A stretch of DNA of 64,000 nt from an uncultured virus (IMG/VR IMGVR_UViG_3300015607_003969) (lineage: Duplodnaviria; Heunggongvirae; Uroviricota; Caudoviricetes), in the IMG/VR virus record IMGVR_UViG_3300015607_003969, positions 1 through 64,000 of that record, one strand, 5' to 3'. Under the pieces are notes generated by a model, which ran no database searches, was not told the DNA's origin, and saw only the letters and a program-made list of their open reading frames with translations. This document shows, piece after piece, positions 27,003 through 38,500 of the stretch (position 1 is its first letter; each line of letters begins with the position of its first letter). The position numbers were made by a program, and so were the translations under genes.

Positions 27003-30000
27003 TTAGCTCTGATCGATGGGGTCCATCGAGACAAAGATGGGGTGCTGGCCCGGCGTGCCGATCACCGTAGGGACAAGGATGTCCGGACGCTTGATGGCCA
27101 CCTGACTGGCCAGGAATAGGTAGAGGTAGCTGTGGAAGGCGTCGTCCGTCTTGTTGCTGGCGTGGTCGTAGACGACCACGCGCTGCGTCTCGCTATATTC
27201 CGCAGTAATGTTGGTGAAGTCCTCCGCGAAGGATCCGCCAAACTCCTCCCACCTCGGAAAGACCACAGCTTTACGCTTGATGGCGTTGATGTGGTCCGCC
27301 ATGACCAGCGTACGGTAAAGCTTCCATCGGTGGATCTTGCGATCGTACTCCACCTTGTACTTTGCCCGGGCCAAGTGCTGGTACACCTGGATACGGCCAG
27401 GCCCAAATATCCGCATCAGGGTGTCGTTCTGCTGTGCCCCGAAGCCGAAGTCCGTGCCGCAGATCTTCACCTGAAATCGCGTAAGGATCTCCACGATGAT
27501 ATTCATCTGGAGCTGGAAATCAGAGGCCTCAGCCCCCGTGAAGCGCTTCATGTAGAAGACCGTGAACTTACCGTTCAGGTAGGTGCCCAGAGACAGGATC
27601 GTGTAACTGCTGGTGCCGAACCCCCAGTCAATGCCTGCAAATACAGGGTTTGACCACACGCTGGGGAGGAAGTGCTCCGGGTGGATGTACGTCGTCCCCC
27701 GGAAGGCGCCTGTCATGGATATCCGGGGGTCGCAGCATGCGTTGATCTCGGAGGAGGTAAGGGGCCTGTCCGCAGCGTCCAGACTGAGCCCCAGGACCTC
27801 GTTGTAAAACTGCTGCGGAGGGTAGGTGTTGTAGGCGTGGAGGATCTTTTCCCAGTCGATCCATGCTGCCATCAACTGGGGGATACGGTACCCCTCAAAC
27901 TCGCCTTCAGGGTGCTGGTGGTACCAGCCCGCATCCGGGTGCTGTGCCTGGATCAGCTTACCGCACCTGGAGCAGATCAGCCCCTTCTTCCCTATGTTCT
28001 TCTCCCCGAGAGCCTGCCAGAACCTGCCCCCTGCGGTCTTGGCCTTGGAACCGCAGCGGTCACAGGGCACCAACCACTCGCCCATCGTGCTGCGGTGTCT
28101 GCCCTCACGGTTCAGGCCTGACCACCGCTCCTCGATGTGGTTGTTCATGCTCTTCGGCGTGCCCGAGTAGCATCGACTCTGGTACAGCTTGGGGGCGTGG
28201 CTTATCGCCGGCTCGATGACGGGGATGTGGTCGGATATAAGGTCTTGCAGCTCATCCAGGTCGAGGAGGTACGCGGCCTGGCCACGCACGCGGTCTGCGC
28301 TCAGGAAGGCGCTACGCAAGACCACCTTAGCTCCGTTGTTAAACTCCTTTTCCAACACGTTCTGCGTGGCCCCCTTGGAGAGGGCTTTCAGGACAGCGGA
28401 GGTCTCGACAGGTAGCTTGAGCCTGTCCGTGCTAAACGTCTTCGTCTGCTGGGCGGAGGGGGAGACGTAGAGCACCTTGTACCCCGGGATAAGGGCACAA
28501 AGAGCCAAAGCCCTGTTACCAAGGTAGGTGCTGTTGTGCGTGACCAGGCCGTTGGCCACGAAGCTGTGGCCTGGCGACACCTGGATATCCAGGCACTTCA
28601 CATCCCCTACGGGCTCGATGCTGACAATGTTATCCCACAGCAGATCCGTGTCCGCGTGCTGCTGCATGGCGTTCAGCCTGTGCGGGTGCAGCTTCAACCC
28701 CTGGAGCTTACCCACGAGAGCTTTGAGCCTGTCGGGAGTGAAAGCTCGATCGATCTTTGTCTTCAGCTGCCGGAGACTAGGGGCCTGAGCGTCGTCCAGT
28801 AGGAGGCGCAAATCCCGGTTAAGGCCGTCCGGAAAGGTATCGTAGGGGCTACGGGATTGCCCGGGCTCGTGCTGGTATTTCTGCTCCTCGCACAGGATCG
28901 TATTCATGCGGGAGATGCCGTCGGAGGTCTCCACGCGCAAGTAGCCGTACTCCTGCCCGGCTACGCGTTGCACACGCCTGGAGGTCGGGATCCCTGAACG
29001 CCAGAGAAGCCGCTGGAGGCTATCCAGAAGCGTGTGGCGCTGATCCATGAATCTTATGCTGATAGAGCCAGCCAGACTCACGTGCACCGTGCCTGCGCAC
29101 GCCCACAGGTACCGCAAGAAGAGCCTCTGCTCCTCCGCGCTGCTCTTGAACACCCAGGAGGGTATCGTCGCGCCTGCTGTGGTCGAATCAAGCACCGAGA
29201 GCACGCTCCTACAGTCCACACCGAGATAGAAGGAAGGGTTAGACCCCGGCGTGCGCAGGTAGACGCGGTAATCGGCGTCCTCCGTGTACCCCAAATTAAA
29301 CAGCGACTCCTCGACGGCCCGTCGAATAGTCGTGGTCCTGCAAACCACCTGGTATCCAGGATCGCGGTGCACGCAAGGACCAAGAGCGATAGCCGTCCAC
29401 AGGATCTTGAACACCTGCGCTTCATCGAAGGGGGGCCTCGCGCTAGCGGCATAAAGGTCCGGCGCATTCAGCTTACGGACACTCGCTACCTTGTCCCCCA
29501 CCACGAGGTCCTTGGCCTCGGTCCAGGCACCCCACGTCCGGATAGGGTGGGTCTTGGCACAGACGAGCTGGTGGCCCGTACGCGTTGTCAATTTGAGACA
29601 GGGCTTCCTGCGCTCGGGGCTTACCCACACCACCTCACCTTCACCCAGAACACCCTCCCCCTTGAGGGTCACGACGCGCTGGCCTACCTTGCAGTGCCGG
29701 ATCTCCTGCACCTCCCCCGAGGGCAGAAGGATGGGGGTACGCGCCCCTACACACTTTTCCACCTGACGCCCACACATCAGCAGGATGTCCCTGGCTGGCG
29801 TATCGTAGATGGGTATCATGTGACGCCGGCCGTGGAAGGAGAAGGGTGCAAAGCGCCCCTCCGCGTCCGGGATTGTGAGAACCGCTTGAACGAACTCAGA
29901 AAGGGTTGTCTCTATGACCGAAGTCCCCAAGTCTCCGATGTCTGGCCCATCTACCCCCTCATCGGAGTTGAACTCCCCGGGGTCATCGAACTCGTCGTCG

Positions 30001-30038
30001 ACCAAGACCTCTTCAAAACTTTTGGACTTGATAGCCAT
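27003..30038 (-). CDS. terL: Terminase large subunit (GpA-like), intein-containing
   Basis: After intein removal: Walker A GRQVEK|ST, RG...LDLDELQD Walker B, SGTP, CxxC pairs, FYNEVLG, nuclease AGIDWG and DDAFHS; start may be 30077. Confidence 0.85.
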   Translation of the reverse strand: MAIKSKSFEEVLVDDEFDDPGEFNSDEGVDGPDIGDLGTSVIETTLSEFVQAVLTIPDAEGRFAPFSFHGRRHMIPIYDTPARDILLMCGRQVEKCVGARTPILLPSGEVQEIRHCKVGQRVVTLKGEGVLGEGEVVWVSPERRKPCLKLTTRTGHQLVCAKTHPIRTWGAWTEAKDLVVGDKVASVRKLNAPDLYAASARPPFDEAQVFKILWTAIALGPCVHRDPGYQVVCRTTTIRRAVEESLFNLGYTEDADYRVYLRTPGSNPSFYLGVDCRSVLSVLDSTTAGATIPSWVFKSSAEEQRLFLRYLWACAGTVHVSLAGSISIRFMDQRHTLLDSLQRLLWRSGIPTSRRVQRVAGQEYGYLRVETSDGISRMNTILCEEQKYQHEPGQSRSPYDTFPDGLNRDLRLLLDDAQAPSLRQLKTKIDRAFTPDRLKALVGKLQGLKLHPHRLNAMQQHADTDLLWDNIVSIEPVGDVKCLDIQVSPGHSFVANGLVTHNSTYLGNRALALCALIPGYKVLYVSPSAQQTKTFSTDRLKLPVETSAVLKALSKGATQNVLEKEFNNGAKVVLRSAFLSADRVRGQAAYLLDLDELQDLISDHIPVIEPAISHAPKLYQSRCYSGTPKSMNNHIEERWSGLNREGRHRSTMGEWLVPCDRCGSKAKTAGGRFWQALGEKNIGKKGLICSRCGKLIQAQHPDAGWYHQHPEGEFEGYRIPQLMAAWIDWEKILHAYNTYPPQQFYNEVLGLSLDAADRPLTSSEINACCDPRISMTGAFRGTTYIHPEHFLPSVWSNPVFAGIDWGFGTSSYTILSLGTYLNGKFTVFYMKRFTGAEASDFQLQMNIIVEILTRFQVKICGTDFGFGAQQNDTLMRIFGPGRIQVYQHLARAKYKVEYDRKIHRWKLYRTLVMADHINAIKRKAVVFPRWEEFGGSFAEDFTNITAEYSETQRVVVYDHASNKTDDAFHSYLYLFLASQVAIKRPDILVPTVIGTPGQHPIFVSMDPIDQS
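28533..29753 (-). mobile_element. Intein (407 aa) in the terminase Walker A, degenerate LAGLIDADG
   Basis: K|CVGART...THPI...FVANGLVTHN|S. Confidence 0.9.
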
Positions 30039-30255
30039 GATTCGTTCAGCAGGGGAAGAGTGCTGGACAGGGTCCACGCTGTCCAGAGACGACGGCCTAT
30101 TTCTTCAGCTCAAGCACCCGCTGGACCGCGCCGTTAAGGAAGCTCTTCGGGAGCTTGTTGCTAGCTACGCCAAACAAGCCGGGTTGTCCGTGTACCTATC
30201 GATCAAGCCGGGCTACGTGAAGTTTTCGAGTAGGCCGACTCAACGGCGTCGTTGA
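30037..30255 (+). CDS. Small hypothetical protein divergent from terL
   Basis: 72-aa ORF with amphipathic helix LDRAVKEALRELVASYAKQAG, filling the gap between minus-strand genes. Confidence 0.4.
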   Translation: MIRSAGEECWTGSTLSRDDGLFLQLKHPLDRAVKEALRELVASYAKQAGLSVYLSIKPGYVKFSSRPTQRRR

Positions 30256-30640
30256 TCTTGTTCAGCAGCTCCTCCACCGTCGAGGCGTGCTCGTTGCGGG
30301 CGAAGTGCTCCGAGAACTTGTGGTGGGTGAAGGACCAGGCATCAACGCCTTCGGTGGCGTAGCCTGCACCTCGCCTGCCTACACGACCGAGGGCAAGGCT
30401 GCGCTGGAGGGCGAGCGTGGGGGCACTCACGGGGGCAAAGAAGGCGACACAAGCCTCCGCGGCCGCTACCGGGAAGAGGCTGTCTTCCTGGTGCCAGAAG
30501 TCGATGTACCCCTCAGCCGGAGGGTCGTCCGTGGGTCGAGGGGCCTTGAGCTTGGTCTCCGTCTCATCGAAGTGGAAGGGCGGAACACTCCGGTGGAGGT
30601 AGAGCTGCAAGATCAGCTTGCCGTCATTCTCCCTCACCAC
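30203..30640 (-). CDS. Hypothetical protein
   Basis: Co-oriented ORF; start uncertain (GTG 30640 or ATG 30748). Confidence 0.5.
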   Translation of the reverse strand: MVRENDGKLILQLYLHRSVPPFHFDETETKLKAPRPTDDPPAEGYIDFWHQEDSLFPVAAAEACVAFFAPVSAPTLALQRSLALGRVGRRGAGYATEGVDAWSFTHHKFSEHFARNEHASTVEELLNKINDAVESAYSKTSRSPA

Positions 30641-31643
30641 CCACTTCGCCAGGAACCACTTTCTCGGGCTCAGGCGTAGGTGGATCGGGGTCGGGGTTGG
30701 CTGCTCCCGCTCCTGGGAGAGCACGTTGATTTCTGTCTGTTCCGGCATTCATGTATGGTGACAGGTCTACCTGGTCTGTAGTCAAGGCAGAATGTTCGAG
30801 GACGCCTGTCCGCCGGTGTTTGATCAGAGCTGCTCGGAGGTTCTCGCTCGCGGAAGCAGGGGAACTGAGCCCCTTGGCGATCTCTTGAGTAGTTCGGACG
30901 CCGTTGAGCAGGCTGTTCACGTCCATCGACGCCTCAGGCCTGTTGCTGTTGAGCTTCTCCAGGACCTTCTGCATCAGCAGCGCCGTCACGATCTCGCACA
31001 TCTTGCCGATATCAAGCCGCCGGCTCGGAACGCCCAGCGCGGACTGTGCGTAAAGGATGGCCCCCGGGTTTTGCGGCATACCAACGACTGCACGCCTGGG
31101 GTCTGACCAACTAGCCCTCTTCACGGCAGACGCCTTCGCGGCCGTGTCCTCGTCGACTAGCTGAGCCTGGCTAGGTAGCCTGAGCTCCAGCAAGGCGCGG
31201 AGCTCTACCTGATCCAGGATATCGAGGTCCCAAAACAGGTCCAATGCAGCGGACACCCCTTCAACGGAGGCCTGTATCTTGGCCAGCTTGAGGGTCTCCA
31301 CGATCTTCTCGGGGGTGGCCCGCAGGAGGCCAAGTGTCTCGATGACCTCCTTCGCCTTCCTGTGCTGGATGTGTCGGAAGGCTTCTCGGGGCGCATCTAC
31401 CCAAGGCAGGGGGAAGAGCCCAGACAGCCCGTGCTCGGCCAGCCAGAGCAGGCTAGGTGCGTGGCGGCGATCGTTGGGCCTGAACACCTTGGGACGTGCG
31501 ATGTCCGAGAGGAGCTTCTGCAAGTAGGCCTGGTCGATGTAGTCCAGCTGTAGCTCGATGCAGTGGTCCTCGATCTTCTCCAAGGACCATCCTAGAGCTA
31601 GCAGGAACGTCAGGTACTTGCGGCACGGGCTGCTGCGGATCAC
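30624..31643 (-). CDS. Hypothetical protein upstream of terL
   Basis: GTGA overlap; AGGAG RBS; acidic Pro-rich tail. Confidence 0.65.
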   Translation of the reverse strand: MIRSSPCRKYLTFLLALGWSLEKIEDHCIELQLDYIDQAYLQKLLSDIARPKVFRPNDRRHAPSLLWLAEHGLSGLFPLPWVDAPREAFRHIQHRKAKEVIETLGLLRATPEKIVETLKLAKIQASVEGVSAALDLFWDLDILDQVELRALLELRLPSQAQLVDEDTAAKASAVKRASWSDPRRAVVGMPQNPGAILYAQSALGVPSRRLDIGKMCEIVTALLMQKVLEKLNSNRPEASMDVNSLLNGVRTTQEIAKGLSSPASASENLRAALIKHRRTGVLEHSALTTDQVDLSPYMNAGTDRNQRALPGAGAANPDPDPPTPEPEKVVPGEVGGEGE

Positions 31644-33628
31644 GCGGACATCGGCTCCTGGAACTTGAGCTGATGAAGTCCCTCAAGAACCGCTTCCACG
31701 GACTGGATGGCGCGCTCCAGGGCCGCTGCCGGCACCTCTTGCAGACCCAGACGGGCGGCCAGCAGCAGCTCGCACAGCGTCTGCTGGGTCTCCTCGATCT
31801 GGGGGATCTTCTGCACGAAGGTGAGGACGTTGTCCGGCGTCAACAGGTTAAGGCCCAGGAGGGTGTCCACGCTCTTCGGGTCAGGGACGTAAGCCGCCTC
31901 CTTCACCAGGTCAGGGGCGGGCTGCGTCCACGTCGGCAGCTGGCTTGCGAGCTTGGCTTGAGCCTCCTTCAGGGCCTGGTCCCGAGGCGTGATGCCGCCG
32001 GCCACCTTGACGGAGACCGGGCCCAGGAGCGACTGCGCGAGCTTCTCTTGCAGGGTTTCAGGATTCGCCCCCATGGCCACGAGCATGAAGCAGGCGTCCG
32101 AGACATCCAGCCAGGCGCGCTCCTCGGTAGCCAGCTTCTCGACCGGGGCCCCGTGGAGGTTAAGCAAACCTCCGCTGTGGTAGACCGTCACCACGTTGTC
32201 CGTCGAGATGCTCGCCTCCTTGGCCTGGGCCGAGGCGAGCACCACGATCTTGCTCCTCTCCAGCGGCACCCAGTTAAAGGACATCGGCAGCATCAGCACC
32301 CCGTCCACCCCAGCGGGCTCCATGATGTGCGGGATCTGCTTCACCGTCGCCTTGGTACCATCCACGCCTTCCACCAGGAAACCGTCGGAAGACTGATCCA
32401 CCAGGGAGGAGCTGATCTGGACGGGTACCGTGGAGACGAGCTTACCCTCCGAGTCCGTGCCCATGAAGGCCCCGTAGCCCGAGGGGCGTCCACGAGGGAG
32501 GACAGGGGGTGCCGCAGAAACCTGCTCCCCTGCGATCTCCCCCTGAAGGGCGCTCTCCGAGCCGTTCGTGAACAAGGCGATCGGGACCGTGGTGCCATCG
32601 AGCTCCACGAGACGGGGGATGACCATACCTATGAGGTCACGACTGTCCGCCCCCTCGCCCGTGTGGACGCGATAGACACCCGAGGAGGTGATGGTCTTGT
32701 AGTTGGTGTGCTCGGGCTCCCCCTTCACGGGGTCCTGGTCGCTGAACATCACCGAGCTGGCGTTACCGCCGGCATCGAGGTCCTCGACCGTCTTCTTGTC
32801 TGCGAGCTTGAGGAGCTGCCCCCGGTCAATCTCGAAGCTGGTGACCTTCCAGCTGTGGCGGTTGGCATGCTTCACCAGGTACTTGCCGCCGCCCGCCTCC
32901 TTGACGGAGTAGGTGTCGCTGGGCACCGCAGCCGCCACCTTCTCCCACAGGGCCGTCTTGTCCACGTCCCCCGCTTTGGTCCTCTGGAGCACCAGGGAGA
33001 TCGCCGAGGCGACCTTGGAGTTGTGAAGGAGTGCGCTCCGGTTCTCCACCAGGCGGTGTGCAAGCTTCACTGCTCTGGAGGTGGGGGAGAACAGGAGGGC
33101 CGCGTTGAGTAGGGACGCGCTGGCCATCTTGCCCAGCCCAGCGAGAGCGCCATACCCGTTGTAGCCGTCACGGCTAGGGGGGAAGAGCGCGTTCGTCAGG
33201 CTAACGTCCGGCGGGGCTTGGGAGGTGGTGTCGAACGTGTCGGGCCGGAAGAGCGCCTGCCGCAGTCGCTTGTCCGTGAGGGGGAGGGTCTTGGCCTGAG
33301 GGTTATCGTCGGAGGGGGCGATGACCATGATGTCGAAAGGCGCCAGCTTGCCATTCTCGACGATGATCGGAATGTGCACCGTGCGCACGAAGGGCGACGG
33401 GTGGATCGGATCGCTTTTCGAGGAGATCACAAGAGCCCCGTAGGCGGACTTGGTCTCGCGGTCCGTCTGATCGATGTTGACGCTGGGCTCGAAATCTTGA
33501 AGCGTGGGAATGGTCTTGTAGGACTCACTCAGGATCTGCGAAGGCCATGCCGAGGGGTCCGGGCCGAGGGACACCACCGCGCCCGCCAGCTTCAGTCCGT
33601 ATTCAGGTTTCTTCACGAAAAGGGTCAT
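31640..33628 (-). CDS. Probable virion/head-associated protein rich in KxA motifs
   Basis: 662 aa in the structural cluster; GAGGA RBS. Confidence 0.6.
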   Translation of the reverse strand: MTLFVKKPEYGLKLAGAVVSLGPDPSAWPSQILSESYKTIPTLQDFEPSVNIDQTDRETKSAYGALVISSKSDPIHPSPFVRTVHIPIIVENGKLAPFDIMVIAPSDDNPQAKTLPLTDKRLRQALFRPDTFDTTSQAPPDVSLTNALFPPSRDGYNGYGALAGLGKMASASLLNAALLFSPTSRAVKLAHRLVENRSALLHNSKVASAISLVLQRTKAGDVDKTALWEKVAAAVPSDTYSVKEAGGGKYLVKHANRHSWKVTSFEIDRGQLLKLADKKTVEDLDAGGNASSVMFSDQDPVKGEPEHTNYKTITSSGVYRVHTGEGADSRDLIGMVIPRLVELDGTTVPIALFTNGSESALQGEIAGEQVSAAPPVLPRGRPSGYGAFMGTDSEGKLVSTVPVQISSSLVDQSSDGFLVEGVDGTKATVKQIPHIMEPAGVDGVLMLPMSFNWVPLERSKIVVLASAQAKEASISTDNVVTVYHSGGLLNLHGAPVEKLATEERAWLDVSDACFMLVAMGANPETLQEKLAQSLLGPVSVKVAGGITPRDQALKEAQAKLASQLPTWTQPAPDLVKEAAYVPDPKSVDTLLGLNLLTPDNVLTFVQKIPQIEETQQTLCELLLAARLGLQEVPAAALERAIQSVEAVLEGLHQLKFQEPMSA

Positions 33629-33640
33629 GGCTTCCTCGTA

Positions 33641-34267
33641 TCAGGCCGGCGGCATGTCGAACAGTACTGAAGCTCCAGCATAAAACCCCGGGGCTTTGCT
33701 AACAATCACCAAGATGTCCACGGTATCCCCCGGGGCCAGGCCTGCATCGGAGTAGTCGTGTGCTGCGATGGCGGACAAGGCGGTGGACAATCCCTGGCCC
33801 GTGCCGGCGTACAGGGCAGCAGGGCCCACGCTGAGGGCCCCCTTCACCTGTGCAAGGAGGTCGAGGGCGCTCAGCTTCACGCCCAGGGCAAGGTCGAGGA
33901 GCAGGTTTATGGCCCCGATCTTGGCTTGCAGCGCTGCGATCAGGGACAAGTTTGCCGAGGCGCCGATAGCGATGCTAGGCGGCACCAAGCCAGCTGCCAG
34001 GGCAGCCTCAAGCTGGACCAGGGCAGCGGCAGCCGCCTTGATGGCCCCCGTGAGCAGAGCTGTAGGGTCTGTGATCTCGACATGTACATTGAGCGCGGCT
34101 TGCAGCTGAACTGCGTAATCTAGCTGTAGCGCACCCATACCGAACTGTGCGTTCAGGAAGGCGTCGATCTGCGCGAGCAGCGGGATCAACCCGAGGATGG
34201 CCAGGCGCGCACCTACATTAATCTCTCCGAGGGTGCCCGAAACCCTGAGCGTGTAGGGTGTAGGCAT
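33641..34267 (-). CDS. Ala/Leu-rich helical probable virion protein
   Basis: TGATG coupling with the spike gene. Confidence 0.55.
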   Translation of the reverse strand: MPTPYTLRVSGTLGEINVGARLAILGLIPLLAQIDAFLNAQFGMGALQLDYAVQLQAALNVHVEITDPTALLTGAIKAAAAALVQLEAALAAGLVPPSIAIGASANLSLIAALQAKIGAINLLLDLALGVKLSALDLLAQVKGALSVGPAALYAGTGQGLSTALSAIAAHDYSDAGLAPGDTVDILVIVSKAPGFYAGASVLFDMPPA

Positions 34268-35535
34268 CAGGGCACCTTGATAGCTGTCTGTTGCGTCACC
34301 TGGATCTGCCCCACCAGGTTGCCCGTTGGAAAGGTGAGGATGCCCGCAAAGGGTTGCCCGTTAAGCGTTCCGGTCACAGGCGCTGAAGGTATCGGCAGGA
34401 TCACCTGGTCTCCTTGAGCTGCGACAGGCCTCGACCCCCCTTGGAAGATAATGGCGCTGGACTCGAATCTCAGCGCGTTCTTGGCCTGAATGACGGCCTC
34501 ATCTCCGACACTCAGCCCGAGATTTAGAGCCTCAATGGTGAGCGTCTTCCCCACGCGGACCGTAAGGTTCTTGCGCACCCGGACAAGGGCGCTGGACTCA
34601 GACCTGAGGAAGAACCCGCCGTCCTTGTCGAAGAAGAAGCGAAAGACGGAGAGCTCCTTGCTGCCCGAGTCGACCTCGTCCCCGTGCTCCCCCGGCTGGA
34701 AAGCTTGGGCAGCCAGCACGACCTCCAGGCAGATCTCCTTCTCGCCGATCGCCAGGTCAGCGAGCGTGGAGCTCTCGCTTTTGTCATCGGTAGGCTCGCC
34801 TAGCTCGGAGACGACCCCGTAGCGGATACGCATGTCAGCGTACTTGTCCCCCGCGTACAATCGGTAGGTTTCCGTCTTCTGCGTGGGGTCTTTCTGCCTA
34901 CGTTGCACACCCCAGTGCACGCTGCCTCCGGAGGTCTGCGCCTCGTACTCCCGGAACACGTCGAGCATCTTGTCAGATAGCGGCAAGTAGACGCGCTGGC
35001 AAAGCGCGCCGGACCCGATCTCCAGGATGCCAGAGGAGCGAAGTACGATCTGGGTGTTGCCGTCGTGCCCTCGCCAGAACATGTCCCCCTCGTCGCCGTC
35101 GGGGCGATTAGCCGCGTAGGATGCGGCGGCACGCGTACTGCTTTTTTTAGCTACGCCTGCTTGCTCCCCCTCCTCTTGTGCGATCTGGCCTTCCGTCGTC
35201 TCGGCGGGGCCATCTGACGCGGAGGGGCCTCGGCCCTGCACAGGAGCTACGAAAGACTGGACGAAAGGTGGAGACGTGTCACTCGGGATGGTCACGTAGG
35301 CGATCGCCTTCTCCAAGGCGTGCGCGAACCACCCTGCACCCCCCTGAAAGTGGACGTAGGGCGACCCCACGGGCACGTTCAGGAAGGTCTTCCGGTCGAA
35401 GATGCTGACCAGATCGACCGTGTAGTTCTTCGTGTCGCACCGGACGACGCGACACCGGAGGACCAGTGCTGCGGTAGCCCCGTCGAGCTTGATCGGGGAG
35501 CTTCGTTGCGGGTTGGGGTGTCCTGGAAGGGGCAT
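34267..35535 (-). CDS. Probable baseplate spike protein (gp5/gpV-like)
   Basis: N-terminal OB-like RVVRCDTKNYTVDL..NVPV; beta-repeat region; C-terminal GGSRPVAAQGDQV. Confidence 0.55.
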   Translation of the reverse strand: MPLPGHPNPQRSSPIKLDGATAALVLRCRVVRCDTKNYTVDLVSIFDRKTFLNVPVGSPYVHFQGGAGWFAHALEKAIAYVTIPSDTSPPFVQSFVAPVQGRGPSASDGPAETTEGQIAQEEGEQAGVAKKSSTRAAASYAANRPDGDEGDMFWRGHDGNTQIVLRSSGILEIGSGALCQRVYLPLSDKMLDVFREYEAQTSGGSVHWGVQRRQKDPTQKTETYRLYAGDKYADMRIRYGVVSELGEPTDDKSESSTLADLAIGEKEICLEVVLAAQAFQPGEHGDEVDSGSKELSVFRFFFDKDGGFFLRSESSALVRVRKNLTVRVGKTLTIEALNLGLSVGDEAVIQAKNALRFESSAIIFQGGSRPVAAQGDQVILPIPSAPVTGTLNGQPFAGILTFPTGNLVGQIQVTQQTAIKVP

Positions 35536-35537
35536 GG

Positions 35538-38500
35538 TCAGTAGTCGAAAGGTCGATTCTTGCCCTTAGTCTCTACCCCAGGCTTGCCGAACTCTGCCCC
35601 ATAAGCAAGTCCGGGCACCGGGTGCGAGCCGTGGAGCCGGCTGACAGCCCCGAGCGCAGCGTTCTCCTTGAGCGTGCCCCGGAGCCTCTGGTGGTTGAGC
35701 ACAGCCATCCAGTCGGTCGTCGCAGCCAGGGGCAGCATGTCCACGCCCATGAGCACGGGGCTGTGCTCCACCGGAGGCTTACCCTCTGCAACCCTCTCGG
35801 CGTTAACCTTCTTCAAGGAGGACCGAGGATAGAACTGCCCGCGGAGGAAGTCCGGGTGATCGTGAGGGTCCACGATCTTCGTGACGTTGCCCATCGCCTT
35901 CACGACCACCTCGATGGCGCGCTTACGAACCCCCTCCGACTCATAGAGTTTGTGCATCTCATCGGACAGAAAGCGCTGAACCCGCGGCATGTCGTGGGTG
36001 GCCTCGTAAAGCCTGTGCGGGTTGATCATCGTGCGGTTTGGATCGCTGAGCATGTCCCCGCGCTTCACCTCCATGCCCACCTTGGGCGGGGACCAGGGCT
36101 GATACCCGGGCACGGAGTCCGCATGAGGAAGGTCCTCGTGCAGGTAGTGGCCATCCGGGTCCTTACCCACGAAGTGACGATGGTCTCCCACGAACACCTC
36201 GGCTCCGGTAGGCGTGGGTACGATCTTCGTCACCTTGCCATTCACGTTGACGAGAGAGGCGCTGTTGGGCGTCTTGTCCGGCAAGAAGGTGAGCTGTTCG
36301 AGGCGCTGGAAGCTACCCACAGCCCCACCCTTACGGTCCGTAGCGACACCGCCGGAGTGAAACGCCTTCAGCGTCAGCTGCACAGCTCGCTCACCCAAGG
36401 CGTGCGCGCTGAGGACGCCGATATTCGTGCCCAGGTCGTGATGCTTGCCGTTGGACGACAGGCCAAAGCACTTCTGGCAGACCCCCTTCTCGCTATCGCA
36501 GGTAAGCGGGGACCTGACCGTAAGCTTGGCCCCGGGATCCACGGAGACGATGTGATCCAAGGTCTTCTTGTCGAGGAGGGTGCCTGCGGGCAGGTGGAGG
36601 GCTCCCAGCTTCAGGTCTGCCGCCAGATGCCGGTCCACCACGTCCTTATGCGTGGCAGGCATGGAGATGCCCGCCTTCGTCCCACAGTCGTGGCTATCGA
36701 TCAGGTAGGACATCGAGGTGTTCTGGAGGAGCTTGGTCATGTACCCAGGGTCCTGCACCTCCTGCACCTTCTTGACCGCGCCGGAACGCGCACCGTAAGC
36801 GCCGATCCAGTACTCATGCATCTTCAACCCCTCCCCGAAGGAGTGAACGATCGGCGTGGGGATGAGGCGATCCGCGCTGTCTTTCATGACGACAGGCGCA
36901 AGCCGCAGCTGCTGGTACTGGTCGTCGCTCGGCTTGACGCCAGCCTCGTTCATGCGCTTGAGGCTGTTGTCCGGGTCCCCCGTCTTCTTGTGCCGCTCGC
37001 GCATCTCGGCGGAGGCCTTGAGGTAGATGTCGACCGTGCGGCGGTCCTTCTCCGCCTTGCTCAGGCCCTTCAGAGCTTCCACGTCAGCGTGTGCCTTCTG
37101 GAGCACGGGGTCACGCGCTTCCTTATCAGCGAAGAAGTCGGAGAGCCCAAAGGAGTGCGCCCCGACAGGCACAACGGCGTGCTTGGTCAGGGGAGTCCTT
37201 ACCAGACCAGACGCAGCCCCGTAGCCAAGCTCCTTCATCTTGTCAGCGAAGACGGGGAAGTCCTTCGCGTGCGCCTTGCCGACCTCGGAAAACAGACCCT
37301 TCAAGGCCTTGCCGTTGAAGGAGAGCCCAAGGTCTGTGCGCACACGATGCTGCATGGCCTCCGGCATAGCCTCTGCCAGAAGAATCCTGCCAGCCGTCGT
37401 CTGTTCGCCTGCCACATGGATCTTGTCCGACACCGTGATCTTCTGGAGCGCTAGGGCGTCAATAGCGGCGTGCTTGTCAGGGAACTTATGGTTCGTGTCC
37501 GCCCCGACCCTGCCGAGCTTGTGCAGCCCTAGCTGGGCCTCCATGGAGGGCGTGTAGGCAGGAGCTCCGGTGGTCTCGTTGAACAGGTTCTTGGAGGGGA
37601 GCATCTTGATGGCGTCGCTCACCTCGTCGTGCGATGACGGCACGTAGACGCTCATCGTGTCCCAGACGAGGAGACCGTCGTCCATCACGAAGTTGAGGCT
37701 TTCGTCCACGGTGAGGTCGTAGAGCTCTTCCTTGTCGCCAGTCTCCTTGACGGAGACGATCTCATCCCAGAATAGGCCGCCCCCGACGGTCATGCGATAC
37801 CAGGCCTGCACGAACGACGTGGGGTTCTTGTGGGCTTCGTAGAGTCGCGCAGCCGTGGAGCGCTCCACCCATCCGGACTGCACGCCTTCTCCAATCTCGT
37901 CCGCCACCCAGGCAGGGAAGGGCACCAGATCGACCATGGTGCTCTTACCCCCCTTGCGCCAGAGCCTCTTGCGATTCCACGCGCTGGGCTTGAACCAGGA
38001 GGCCTTGTAGAGCGAATCCCTGCACAAGAGCACAGAGTCTCGCTCCTCCCTGCACGGCACCCCCACGCTGCGCAACAAGTTGCAGAGGGCGCGGGGGTCA
38101 GTCGTATCGACACGCGCCGTGTCGATGTCCAGAGCCGCCCCCAAGAACCCCGTAAGGACACCCTGCCTGAAAGCTGTGGGCCGGATGATCGCAGACTCAA
38201 GGAGCGTGCGAAGAAGGGTAGTCGACCGGTACTTCTGGGGAGGGGTGCAGCGCTCCTGAGCCAAGGGGTTGCCGTCGTAAAGGGCAAGCTCCTCCCCCAA
38301 CGCATGGCCAAGAGCCTCCGTAGCTTTCTCCTCCCGGCCATGGACTGGGATACTGGGGCTCAGGTGCTCCTCTACACGGCCCAACACGGGTACGGCTGCC
38401 CCCACGGAGTTTGCGGGCTTGCAGTTGGTGGCGGTGAGCGTAGCCGTATCCAGTACGGCAAGAGAGTGGTCCTGGGAGCAGATCACCTTGCGTCCAGACC

